Below the pieces are notes generated by a model that saw nothing but the letters and a program-made list of their open reading frames with translations, was not told where the DNA came from and searched no databases. DNA of 64,000 nucleotides from the NCBI RefSeq assembly GCF_036365525.1, contig NC_090377.1:103492265-103556264 (forward strand). The letters are read 5' to 3'. Position 1 is the first letter of the stretch. Every line of letters starts with the position of its first letter. Of this stretch, positions 38,301 to 51,943 are shown piece by piece. The DNA comes from Heterodontus francisci. Its lineage: Eukaryota. The position numbers were made by a program, and so were the translations under genes.

Positions 38301-39255
38301 CTTTAAGATCTTAGTATGCTAATGAGCCAAGTGCCAGAATGTAGTCATTTGGCAACATGCCAGTTTCTGCTCCTGTAACACCAAGAGGCAAGGTCCTGTA
38401 ATAGTTGGCTCTGTACTGTATATATTAGCTGCTTCATAAACCTGTTTTGAGATCTTCAAACAACCTGAACTCCACGTATATTTACGCTGCATCAGACAAC
38501 ATCAAAAAAGATTCTCACTGCAGCGTATTGATCGATAAGTAAATGATTTCCTGTTTTAACCCCACAAGAAAACCAGTAGCTGGCTTTTTTTGACAAATAA
38601 AACACAAAGGGATAAACCCAAATAAAGGGATAAACCCCCAGTCAGCTGGGGGTGGAACAGTAACCATAACGATCTCCACAAGGAGATTGCTGGTCACTCC
38701 TACCAATGCTGTTGTGGACAGATGCATCTGCGACAGGTAGATTGGTGAGGATGAGGCTGTAGTGTTGTTCTGTGTTCTTAAGTCTTCATTAAATTATAAT
38801 TGTAGGCTTTTTATTCAGATTCAACACAAACACTATTTATTGTCTTACTCATCTATATTGCATGAACTCAGGTCCAGGTCTTTTAATCATGTGTGTGTGT
38901 GTGTGCTCTCTGCAAACCATGTGTTGAATGTGCCTCTCAAAATGATGGCTCCTGCATATATGATGTCATTAGCTGCATCTGTGGGCTGATCTCTTAAAGG
39001 TGTGGCTTTCTTAAAGGTGAAGTCCTCATTACAGTGCATTACAGAGGACAAGTACATTTTTTTCTTTATGTTGCCACAAGTCCAGTCTGCCAGATATGTC
39101 ATTTGGACTCAGCCAGCTTACTCAGTACTGATGGACATAAGTCCTCCACCTATAGTACATTCTGTGCCCTTGCAACCCCACAGTGTCTTTTCCAAGTTGT
39201 GTTCAGCATGGAGGCGTACTAATTCATCTGTTGAGAGAAGGCCATAAGTGGTAGA
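35389..39255 (-). mobile_element. APE-LINE fragments with tRNA-like head and nested LTRs (unit copy 2)
   Basis: Duplicate of 25876-29740; ORFs 35563-36051, 35366-35578, 37183-37416. Confidence 0.75.
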
Positions 39256-40302
39256 TAGTCACTGCTAATAAAGAAAGAAAGATTTGCATTTATATAGCAG
39301 CTTTCACACTCTCAGGATGTCTTAAGGCTCTTCAGATGTGTAATATAAGAAATAGATATATAGACTCACAGCAGAAATAGATAATTTTCTTTTAAAAAAA
39401 CTGCTTGAGATATTTTTGTCATGTGATATGCTTCCTAGTGTGTTTTTCATTTAATGTGTCACATTCTCTTGACACATTCACTGTGTGGTTGCTCCTGCCC
39501 CACTTCCCCTAGGCCACAAGACCAAACATCCTCTGACGATCTCCCCTGCTCTGGTCCTGATCTTGCATCTTTCTCTAATTTCTCTCCTATCACCCCTCAT
39601 GCCTTCTCCAAGCTCTTCTTGTCCATGGGAACCATCTCCTGATCCCTTGATCCTATTCTCACTAAATTGCTGAGCACCAGACTTCCCTTCTTGGCTCCTA
39701 TGTTAGCTGATATTCTTAATGGTTCTCTCTCATTGGATTTTGTCTTCCTTTCCTTTGTATCTGTCTTTATCAACCCTGTGTTCAAGAAAACCTCAGATGA
39801 GGCAGTGTTGCAGGTGGGGACTATGTATGTTGCAAATTCCTATTTTTCAGTCGACAAATGCACTGGTGGAGCACTGGAGACTGATAGGCCAAGGGAATTG
39901 AATCATCACAGCCTCCGGAAGTGGAAGTATTCCTTATCGGAGGACATTCAGGCCAAGAATAGGTGCCTAAAGGCCCCATACAAATGACATAATCTATTGA
40001 GTGCACAAACTCCAGCAACACCAGCAGTGGATGGTGCTATTGGCCCATTCACAGCTTTTCTGGCAGTCTCATGGCCCACACATTTTCTGCTTCTCCATTT
40101 ATTCACTTTAATGATAATCATATAACTGAGATCATTGTGGTAAAATATTCTGCATGAGACTACCAGATACCAGCACTGTTTTGGACAATTTGTATGAGGA
40201 TTCAAAAATAAATCAATTGAACAAGAAGACAATGTAATAGAGAGTATTTTATTATGTTCATAAATAATTCAACAAAATTAGCTCATGTTTTACAATGACA
40301 GA

Positions 40303-41910
40303 CTAGAAATCTCTCATTCGTCTGAAAGATCCAATTGTCGAACAAGAGGCACCCCAGTCACTGAATCTCCTGTATTCACCGGGTCTCATGAAGTACTGTC
40401 GGCCTCTGTAGTTGGGATGTTCATAGAAGATCCAGTAACCGTCCATCACATGGCAGGAGTGAATGTCACGGTAACGGAAACGATCATAGACGGATGGACA
40501 GTCATCCTGGAATTCCATCATCTGTCCTCCAAAGTCAGGTCTCTCGTAAATCTTCATTCTGTAGGAGCCTCCCCTGTACTGTAATAGAAATGAAATGACA
40601 TTAGTGATAAAACTGCAAATATACATTTGGTATATGTAGAAAAAGAGAAACTTTGTAAAGAAAGGAATCTAATGGGGCCCAATGATGACATCAACAATGA
40701 GAGCAAAGCTGAGATGATTTATTCACATCGATTCAATAGGTTAATTATGTTTGAGACTTGTTAACAGCAAGCAGCTTTGGCAATTTTATACTAAATCAGT
40801 GAATTATCTATAAGAGTGTACATTGGACTGATATTAGTTGGTGCATGCAGGTGGAGGTTTAGCAATATCAAAAAAAATCTAAATGTTATTCTAGTTCCCA
40901 CTGTGATGAGGTTCCTTCTCTGTGTGGAGCAGCTTTATCTTTCCTACAATTAAAGTAAGACGAATGGGGTGGGTGCAAACATGTCTGTCAGCACGTTGTA
41001 GCCAGTCATAGAGTCATTCAGCCCATCAAGTCCATGCTGGCTCTCTACAGAGCTATCTAGTCAGTATCACACCCCCATTCGATCCACACCTTAGTCTAGC
41101 TGCGGATGAATTTATTACTTCCTACACTGTCAATGCTCCAATTTGGCTTTTGGTTCTGAATATCTGATTAATTATGAACAAATGCATCCAATTATCTCTC
41201 AGATATTCAGGACTTTGCAATCGGCTACCATCGTACGACACTTAGAACTTCCGTCCCAGTTGATGCAATTATTGACTTAAGAACCAACCCGTATAAATTA
41301 ACTGCAGGTACAAAATTACAAGGGCTGATAGTAATTTCTGGCAGTGCCACAAATGGGTGGTAGTGGATCAGTAAATCAGGCAGGATGTGTGACAGGCAGA
41401 CAATCCATGACCTATTAATCACCACCGCTGAAAGTTAAAATCAGTCCTGTGGAAACAGCTGATGACTCTTCACTGCTGATGCACAGAAACTCAAATGTCA
41501 CTGATCATTTTCGAAGTGTCAGTTTGGGTAGAACATCTAAGCCACCAAAGGTAACTCACATATGGGTAGGTGCGACATGACCTGATGCTGTCATTGAATC
41601 CCATCCAGCGCTGGTAGTCAGGATATTCGCCCCTGCTCAGAACATACTGGTATCCCATGTAATTGGGTCTCTCATACACCACCCACCAGTCACTGTCAAC
41701 ACGGATGGAGTTACAGCGGCTGAAGAAAGAGTGCAGGTCAGCACAGTCAGTACTGCACTCATAGTGCCGACCCTGGAAGTTCCTGTCCTCGTAAAAGATA
41801 ATCTGTGGAAAGACATAGGTTTGTAAATTCATAATTTCTCAAACTTGGCAATACTGGATGAAGAATTCCAATACAATATATAAACTCTGTGTTTTCCTTA
41901 CCTTTCCCAT
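40303..41910 (-). CDS. Gamma-crystallin gene 3, 175 aa
   Basis: Exons 41902-41910, 41560-41802, 40303-40578; C-terminus [17 protein letters not shown]. Confidence 0.96.
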
Positions 41911-42762
41911 TTTGAGATCACAGTTAGCTTGTAACTAGCTGAATGTTTCACTGCTTCACACAGCTTGGTATTTATATGTTGGGTAAAATGGCTTTACTGA
42001 GCTCTTCTTTTGTTATTTTAATGATTGCAATGGTTTGAAATCAGCATAAAAGCAGCAAAACACATGACATATACACTCATTGTAAAGAAAATGAATTTAA
42101 GGCACCTATGTCCCATTGATTGCATTTTGCCTTCATGTCTTTTTAATTGTGTGACAATACATTGGAAGCCATTGTGCTCCCTACACTCTGCTTCCACTGA
42201 AATTCTCAAACAGTTGTCATTGCACATTCAACCAGGTATTTTTCCAGCATTTCAGTGTAATGGCTGAAGTTTACTCCAAAACTGGTCAAAATGCTGGTGT
42301 ACATATCCAGAACAAGTTGCTTTCTACATAATCGACAGAAGTATAACTGTCTGTGTATTTAGATTTGAGAATGTGCTCCAAAGTTCATTAGCTTTTATCA
42401 CTGCCTGTATTTATTTGGTGACATTGCGACTGCAATTTTGAGGGTGGTATTTATTAACACCGGTCACAGCCCATTCACGGTTTCATATTTTAATCAGCGA
42501 TATTTTGTTATGTACTATCTTTCACTTTGTTATAAATTTCAGTTTTGCTGAAGTCATATCAGAACAGTGAAGAGGATAATAGAAAGGCAGATGGTCGTGT
42601 AATCAAAGTAATTTGTAGAATGTGGATACTGGGGGAGGGTAGTTGGATTCTTTAGTGGGTACTAAATAAAAAGGAGAAAAGAGACTCTGGGATGACCCTG
42701 TTCAAGGGATACAAATCAATTGCAATCTAATACATTTTTGACATAATCACAAATATGCTTAC

Positions 42763-43683
42763 TGTCATGAAGATCCCCACCTGCCAAGAATGAGGCATAT
42801 TAATTTCATCATCTGAACATTAATTTTTAAACTGTTGCTGGAGTGAAGAAATTACTTTTTAAAAAGCGATAACCAGACACTTGGCTGGAGGACATTTGCA
42901 TACTAAGAGACAATGCTTCGAGATATAAAAAAATGCTCTCTGTTTCAATTAACAGAGATTGGGCTGGGTAATGATGATCCACATCTTGTCAGGGTAAGAG
43001 ACAGCACTACACCCCCTGAACAAGAGCTTTGGAATCCACAAAGGCAAGAGTGGTTATGATCGCTGGTCACATGACTAACCGGCTGGTCCAGGCTTTTTGA
43101 ACGAGACACAGGGCAGTTTGAATTCAGACTGCAGATTGCAACTGAACCTGGAACAAGAGTGCTTCTCTCTTGGCTGGCTCTCTCTCTCGCTTTCTCACAA
43201 GCCTCCAGACACACTGAAAACACATAAACCTCAAGAGAGAAAAGACTCCGCCATCGAAACAAGTTAAAGCATGCACTGGGCCCCAACGACCAGCAAGACT
43301 TACCGGCAACCAAAGTCTTCACATTGAACTCAAAAGACCATAAATAACTACCAGATATTGCCTCAAACATTTCCCATTTATTCCTTCTACTTTTTCTGTC
43401 TCTATCTGCGTGTGTGTTTATCGCGTATGCATGCGAGCGTGGTCGCATTGTGTATTCGTAGCCGTTACCCAAACTAGTGTTTAAGATTAATAACTTTCAT
43501 CTTTCTTGTCTAAATCTAATAAAACCTGTCTGATTTATTTGCCTTACAATTGGAAAACAGTGAACAAGGAGTCACTGAAGGGGAGTTAAAACACGGTGTT
43601 TTTAAAATTAAATCCTGTCACAGTGAGACCAGGCAAAGGATGAGAGGGAACCCCTAGACCCCCATCTCAACTGGTCATAAACA
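42763..43683 (+). mobile_element. Solo LTR (unit copy 3)
   Basis: Duplicate of 23748-24668. Confidence 0.62.
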
Positions 43684-43822
43684 AAAATAGAATAAAAGCA
43701 AAGATCCCAGTGACTGGGAAAGATACAAAGAACAGCAAAGGATGACAAACCAGACAGTAAGTGCTACAAAAAATAAGCATGAAAAGAAACTTGTAAGGGA
43801 TATCAAGATCAAAACAAAAATG

Positions 43823-44907
43823 TGTCATGTAGTGATTGATTGATTAGTCTGTCCATTGATCAGTATTCACTGTGTTTGATTGCTTAAGCCTATGGTTGGA
43901 GCTGAAGAGTTGAAACTGAAACCAAAAGATACAGAGCTAAAATGTTTTACAAAACAGAGACTGTTCAGGAGAAGACATGGACCTTGTAAGAGGTACCTTG
44001 TAAGACCTTGTAAGAACTGAGATATTTTAAAGTCCTGTAAATAAACCAGTTGGTAGTTTAATAGTAGTGTGGTATCTGCATTGCTCTGAGATAAATCAGA
44101 TGTACGTAATATATTCAACAATCCGGCGTAGACATAATAAAAATGTGGCTACGAGGATGATTCCGCAGAGTTCATTGTTATCAACTCCAGAACCATTTGT
44201 TTCAATGGTGGGAAATACTCCCATGTGCTAGGAGCGATGGATTTCAGGGTTCAAGATGTACTTGCTCACTACAAGGACAGACAGCCCAGATATAGAAGTG
44301 AACCATAAGAAAACGATACTTATACATTGTCTAGGAGCAGAAGGCCAGTGTATATTCGAGCAGGTCACAGAAGATACCTCTAAGTTTGATACAGTGGTAA
44401 ATGCTCTCAAAAAATACTTTGGGCCAGAGGAAAGTGTGATGAAAGAGCAATGCGCATTACGTCAGAGATCCCAGGGACTTGGTGAGCCCATTAAACAAAA
44501 GTGACAGCATTGCAGTGATTGGTGGCTACATGTAAATTTGGCACACTAACCAATAAATTAATTTGTGACCAATTGATTGGAAAGACTTCAATTCCGCGAA
44601 TTAGGGAATGTCTCCTCATGGAGGATGATGATTTGACCTTGGAAAATGTCATCACCTGAGCAGTCCAGATTGACTCTGCCATGTTAGTTTTGAAGTGGTT
44701 ACAAACACATGCACTCTTAGACTCACAGTTACAGATACAGCTTGCCCAACCAGCTGCAGTGCAAGGGTTAGGGACAAGAAGAACTCAGCAACCTCATCAA
44801 ATTGTGTCCCATTAAGGTAAGTTACCTTCAAAACTGTGCCGAAATTGTGGAAATGCTCATTGAGTCACAATGCCATGTCCAGCTCAAGGGAAAAAGTGTA
44901 ATTCAAG
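43823..44907 (+). mobile_element. Gypsy LTR plus gag remnant (unit copy 3)
   Basis: Duplicate of 24796-25875; ORF 44256-44504. Confidence 0.72.
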
Positions 44908-47858
44908 GCCAAGTATGTTTTCCCCTCTTGTTGGTTCCCTCACCACCTGCCGCATACCCAGTCTAGCAGATATGTCCTTTAGGACTCGGCCAGCTCGGTC
45001 AGTAGTGGTGCTACCGAGCCACTCTTGGTGATGGACTAAAACACAAAGTTATAAAAATTGGCTTTGTTTTTACAAAATGGACCTTTATTTTAAAAAGTGA
45101 ACAATGTGCTCCAAAATGGCCACCGAAGGTAAAAGACTTGACCTTAGCTTATTCAAATTGTCTGACAGGGACGAAGGAAAATCTTCAAAGCTAAGAAGGG
45201 GTCAGTTGTACCCATCCCACACCCATCCTGAAATCTTCCTGAGTTGAATGGTTCTTCTGAAACAAAGAAGGTGTGAAGTGGAAACAGCATAAACCTGATT
45301 ATTATCATCCTGAACCCATCAAAAGACACCATTGAATTGAATGGGGGGGGTTCTTCTAAAATAAAGAAGGTGTGGAGTGGCCACATCCTCGGCAATTGTC
45401 AGTCACTACAGGGAAGCAAATGCCTATCTCCCAGCAGAGGTGAAATGTCACGCAATTTTACCTTAAATGGGAGGTCTAGAGAGAGATAGACCAGAAAGAA
45501 GCATCCAAGAAGCTTTTCCAGCTAAGGGTCTGGGAGAATTTCAGCAAGCCAGAAGTGACATTCTCTGCTGTAGAATTCTACATCTGCACTTAAACAGCAG
45601 TGAATCAGAAGTGATCCACTGGCTTCAACTGAACTTTTAACCGAGAGAAGCCTACAAACACCACAGGCCTGCAACCAATGCGAGCTTGACTTCCGAGAGA
45701 ACTCAACAAGTTTACCGTGACCCTTGAAACCTAGCCCCACTTACCATCGCTTACCCCTTTTCCTCTCTATCTGTCTCTACTTATGTGTGTGCGCATGAAC
45801 GAATGTGTGAGTGGATGCAGTTGGGAGAATTTCGGGTTAAGACATATGTTGTGTGATTTCCTTTAAGAGTAATGTACCTTTAAGATCTTAGTATGCTAAT
45901 GAGCCAAGTGCTAGAATGTAGTCATTTGGCAACATGCCAGTTTCTGCTCCTGTAACACCAAGAGGCAAGGTCCTGTAATAGTTGGCTCTGTACTGTATAT
46001 ATTAGCTGCTTCATAAACCTGTTTTGAGATCTTCAAACAACCTGAACTCCACGTATATTTACGCTGCATCAGACAACATCAAAAAAGATTCTCACTGCAG
46101 CGTATTGATCGATAAGTAAATGATTTCCTGTTTTAACCCCACAAGAAAACCAGTAGCTGGCTTTTTTTGACAAATAAAACACAAAGGGATAAACCCAAAT
46201 AAAGGGATAAACCCCCAGTCAGCTGGGGGTGGAACAGTAACCATAACGATCTCCACAAGGAGATTGCTGGTCACTCCTACCAATGCTGTTGTGGACAGAT
46301 GCATCTGCGACAGGTAGATTGGTGAGGATGAGGCTGTAGTGTTGTTCTGTGTTCTTAAGTCTTCATTAAATTATAATTGTAGGCTTTTTATTCAGATTCA
46401 ACACAAACACTATTTATTGTCTTACTCATCTATATTGCATGAACTCAGGTCCAGGTCTTTTAATCATGTGTGTGTGTGTGTGCTCTCTGCAAACCATGTG
46501 TTGAATGTGCCTCTCAAAATGATGGCTCCTGCATTTGTGGGCTGATCTCTTAAAGGTGTGGTTTTCTTAAAGGTGAAGTCCTCATTACAGTGCATTACAG
46601 AGGACAAGTACATTTTTTTCTTTATGTTGCCACAAGTCCAGTCTGCCAGATATGTCATTTGGACTCAGCCAGCTTACTCAGTACTGATGGACATAAGTCC
46701 TCCACCTAAAGTACATTCTGTGCCCTTGCAACCCCACAGTGTCTTTTCCAAGTTATGTTCAGCATGGAGGAGTACTAATTCATCTGTTGAGAGAAGGCCA
46801 TAAGTGGTAGATAGTCACTGCTAATAAAGAAAGAAAGATTTGCATTTATATAGCAGCTTTCACACTCTCAGGATGTCTTAAGGCTCTTCAGATGTGTAAT
46901 ATAAGAAATAGATATATAGACTCACAGCAGAAATAGATAATTTTCTTTTAAAAAAACTGCTTGAGATATTTTTGTCATGTGATATGCTTCCTAGTGTGTT
47001 TTTCATTTAATGTGTCACATTCTCTTGACACATTCACTGTGTGGTTGCTCCTGCCCCACTTCCCCTAGGCCACAAGACCAAACATCCTCTGACGATCTCC
47101 CCTGCTCTGGTCCTGATCTTGCATCTTTCTCTAATTTCTCTCCTATCACCCCTCATGCCTTCTCCAAGCTCTTCTTGTCCATGGGAACCATCTCCTGATC
47201 CCTTGATCCTATTCTCACTAAATTGCTGAGCACCAGACTTCCCTTCTTGGCTCCTATGTTAGCTGATATTCTTAATGGTTCTCTCTCATTGGATTTTGTC
47301 TTCCTTTCCTTTGTATCTGTCTTTATCAACCCTGTGTTCAAGAAAACCTCAGATGAGGCAGTGTTGCAGGTGGGGACTATGTATGTTGCAAATTCCTATT
47401 TTTCAGTCGACAAATGCACTGGTGGAGCACTGGAGATTGATAGGCCAAGGGAATTGAATCATCACAGCCTCCGGAAGTGGAAGTATTCCTTATCGGAGGA
47501 CATTCAGGCCAAGAATAGGTGCCTAAAGGCCCCATACAAATGACATAATCTATTGAGTGCACAAACTCCAGCAAGATCAGCAGTGGATGGTGCTATTGGC
47601 CCATTCACAGCTTTTCTGGCAGTCTCATGGCCCACACATTTTCTGCTTCTCTATTTATTCACTTTAATGATAATCATATAGCTGAAATCATTGTGGTAAA
47701 ATATTCTGCATGAGACTACCAGATACCAGCACTGTTTTGGACAATTTGTATGAGGATTCAAAAATAAATCAATTGAACAAGAAGACAATGTAATAGAGAG
47801 TATTTTATTATGCTCATAAATAATTCAACAAAATTAGCTCATGTTTTACAATGACAGA

Positions 47859-49466
47859 CTAGAAATCTCTCATTCGTCTGAAAGATCCAATTGTCGAACA
47901 AGAGGCACCCCAGTCACTGAATCTCCTGTATTCACCGGGTCTCATGAAGTACTGTCGGCCTCTGTAGTTGGGATGTTCATAGAAGATCCAGTAACCGTCC
48001 ATCACATGGCTGGAGTGAATGTCACGGTAACGGAAACTATCATAGACGGATGGACATTCATCCTGGAATTCCATCATCTGTCCTCCAAAGTCAGGTCTCT
48101 CGTAAATCTTCATTCTGTAGGAGCCTCCCCTGTACTGTAATAGAAATGAAATGACATTAGTGATAAAACTACAAATATACATTTGGTATATGTAGAAAAA
48201 GAGAAACTTGGTAAAGGAAGGAATCTAATGGGGCCCAATGATGACATCAACAATGAGAGCAAAGCTGAGATGATTTATTCACATCGATTCAATAGGTTAA
48301 TTATTTTTGAGACTTGTTAACAGCAAGCAGCTTCGGCAATTTTATACTAAATCAGTGAATTATCTGTAAGAGTGTGCATTGGACTGATATTAGTTGGTGC
48401 ATGCAGGTGGAGGTTTAGCAATATCAATAAAAATCTAAATGTTATTCTAGTTCCCACTGTGATGAGGTTCCTTATCTGTGTGGAGCAGCTTTATCTTTCC
48501 TACAATTAAAGTAAGACGAATGGGGTGGGTGCAAACATGTCTGTCAGCACGTTGTAGCCAGTCATAGAGTCATTCAGCCCATCAAGTCCATGCTGACTCT
48601 CTACAGAGTTATCTAGTCAGTATCACACCCCCATTCGATCCACACCTTAGTCTAGCTGCAGATAAATTTATTACTTCCTACACTGTCAATGCTCCAATTT
48701 GGCTTTTGGTTCTGAATATCTGATTAATTATGAACAAATGCATCCAATTATATCTCAGATATTCAGGACTTTGCAATCGGCTACCATCGTACGACACTTA
48801 GAACTTCCTTCCCAGTTGCTGCAATTATTGACTTAAGAACCAACCTGTATAAATTAACTGCAGGTACAAAATTACAAGGGCTGATAGTAATTTCTGGCAG
48901 TGCCACAAATGGGTGGTAGTGGAGCAGTAAATCAGGCAGGATGTGTGACAGGCAGACAATCCACTACCTGTTAATCACCACCGCTGAAAGTTAAAATCAG
49001 TCCTGTGGAAACAGCTGATAACTCTTCACTGCTGATGCACATAAACTCAAATGTCACTGATCATTTTCTAAGTGTCAGTTTGGGTAGAACATCTAAGCCA
49101 CCAAAGGTAACTCACATATGGGTAGCTGCGACATGACCTGATGCTGTCATTGAATCCCATCCAGCGCTGGTAGTCAGGATATTCGCTCCTGCTCAGAACA
49201 TACTGGTATCCCATGTAATTGGGTCTCTCAAACACCACCCACCAGTCACTGTCAACACGGATGGAGTTACAGCGGCTAAAGAAAGAGTGCAGGTCAGCGC
49301 AGTCAGTACTGCACTCATAGTGCCGACCCTGGAAGTTCCTGTCCTCATAAAAGATAATCTGTGGAAAGACATAGGTTTGTAAATTCATAATTTCTCAAAC
49401 TTGGCAATACTGGATGAAGAATTCCAATACAATATATAAACTCTGTGTTTTCCTTACCTTTCCCAT
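47859..49466 (-). CDS. Gamma-crystallin gene 4, 175 aa (ORF intact; 5'UTR disrupted by a solo LTR; possibly an incipient pseudogene)
   Basis: Exons 49458-49466, 49116-49358, 47859-48134; private changes Y46F, G61S and DDC>DEC. Confidence 0.92.
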
Positions 49467-49483
49467 TTTGAGATCACAGTTAG

Positions 49484-50057
49484 TGTTGGAGAATTTTCTG
49501 AGCTTTGCTAATTATTTCTTAACTTTGTAAAAATAGAGAAACGGGACGCAGCTTGTAGCTAACCAAACCAATGATCAGGAAATGTAGACAGAGCAACTGA
49601 CCACAATCATCTGGCTTAGGAAGGGACAGAGCTCATGATGGATTTTGGGGAAGTGAAAGCAGAATATTCGTCACTGACTCTTCCGCTTTTATCATATTTG
49701 TGCAACCTAGCCAGAAGTAACGGCCAAATATAGTACCTGGAGTGTGTACGTTAAATAGGGAACAATAGCTTGTTATGCTCGAACTAACGCTCTACTGACA
49801 TCGGACATTGCAAAGGGCACAGAGCTGCAGGTGGTCTTGTGGTTGTCCTGTGGTTTATGCTTAATTGTGAAACTGCTAGCTCTGCTTCTTTTATACTATA
49901 TAAGTCCACGGCGACTTGTAGTTGGCGGGAGCAGCACTGGACTGCATTTAGGTAAGGTGTGCACCCCCATGATATCATGCAATAAAAAGTTTGTTCTCAA
50001 CGTCTGAGTCCGGAGAATTTGTTCAACAATTGGGCACAATCTGGATTTTCTTCAACA
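49484..50057 (+). mobile_element. 574-bp solo LTR inserted in the 5'UTR of gene 4
   Basis: TGTTG...CAACA termini; TSD GTTAG (49479-49483 / 50058-50062); TATATAA 49897-49903 and AATAAA 49981-49986; absent from the other four units. Confidence 0.9.
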
Positions 50058-50897
50058 GTTAGCTTGTAACGAGCTGAATGTTTCACTGCTTCACACAGCT
50101 TGGTATTTATATGTTGGGTAAAATGGCTTTGCTGAGCTCTTCTTTTGTTAGTTTAATGATTGCAATGGTTTGAAATCAGCATAAAAGCAGCAAAACACAT
50201 GACATCTACACTCATTGTAAAGAAAATGAATTTAAGGCACCTATGTCCCATTGATTGCATTTTGCCTTCATGTCTTTTTAATTGTGTGACAATACATTGG
50301 AAGCCATTGTGCTCCCTACACTCTGCTTCCACTGAAATTCTCAAACAGTTGTCATTACACATTCAACCAGGTATTTTTCCAGCATTTCAGTGTAATGGCT
50401 GAAGTTTACTCCAAAACTGGTCAAAATGCAGATGTACATATCCAGAACAAGTTGCTTTCTACATAATCGACAGAAGTATAACTGTCTGTGTATTTAGATT
50501 TGAGAATGTGCTTCAAAGTTCATAAGCTTTTATCACTGCATGTATTTATTTGGTGACATTGCCACTGCAATTTTGAGGGTGGTATTTATTAACACCGGTC
50601 ACAGCCCATTCACGGTTTCATATTTTAATCAGCGATATTTTGTTATGTACTACCTTTCACTTTGTTATAAATTTCAGTTTTGCTGAAGTCATATCAGAAC
50701 AGTAAAGAGGATAATAGAAAGGCAGATGGTCGTGCAATCAAAATAATTTGTAGAATGTGCATACTGGGGGAGGGTAGTTGGATTCTTTAGTGGGTACTAA
50801 ATAAAAAGGAGAAAAGAGACTCTGGGATGACCCTGTTCAAGGGATACAAATCAATTGCAATCTAATACATTTTTGACATAATCACAAATATGCTTAC

Positions 50898-51816
50898 TGT
50901 CATGAAGATCCCCACCTGCCAAGAATGAGGCATATTAATTTCATCATCTGAACATTAATTTTTAAACTGTTGCTGGAGTGAAGAAATTACTTTTTAAAAA
51001 GCGATAACCAGACACTTGGCTGGAGGACATTTGCATACTAAGAGGCAGTGCTTCGAGATATAAAAAAATGCTCACTGTTTCAATTAACAGAGATTGGGCT
51101 GGGTAATGATGATCCACATCTTGTCAGGGTAAGAGACAGCACTTCACCCCCTGAACAAGAGCTTTGGAATCCACAAAGGCAAGAGTGGTTATGATCGCTG
51201 GTCACATGACTAACCGGCTGGTCCAGGCTTTTTGAACGAGACACAGGGCAGTTTGAATTCAGACTACAGATTGCAACTGAACCTGGAACAAGAGTGCTTC
51301 TCTCTTGGCTGGCTCTCTCTCGCTTTCTCACAAGCCTCCAGACACACTGAAAACACATAAACCTCAAGAGAGAAAAGACTCCGCCATCGAAACAAGTTAA
51401 AGCATGCACTGGGCCCCAACGACCAGCAAGACTTACCGGCAACCAAAGTCTTCATATTGAACTCAAAAGACCATAAATAACTACCAGATATTGCCTCAAA
51501 CATTTCCCATTTATTCCTTCTACTTTTTCTGTCTCTATCTGCGTGTGTGTTTATCGCGTATGCATGCGAGCGTGGTCGCATTGTGTATTCGTAGCCGTTA
51601 CCCAAATTAGTGTTTAAGATTAATAACTTCCATCTTTCTTGTCTAAATCTAATAAAACCTGTCTGATTTATTTGCCTTACAATTGGGAAACAGTGAACAA
51701 GGAGTCACTGAAGGGGAGTTAAAACACGGTGTTTTTAAAATTAAATCCTGTCACAGTGAGACCAGGCAAAGGATGAGAGGGAACCCCTGGACCCCCATCT
51801 CAACTGGTCATAAACA
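50898..51816 (+). mobile_element. Solo LTR (unit copy 4)
   Basis: Duplicate of 23748-24668. Confidence 0.62.
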
Positions 51817-51943
51817 AAAATAGAATAAAAGCAAAGATCCCAGTGACTGGGAAAGATACAAAGAACAGCAAAGGATGACAAACCAGACAGTAAGTGCTGC
51901 AAAAAAGAAACTTGTAAGGGACATCAAGATCAAAACTAAAATG

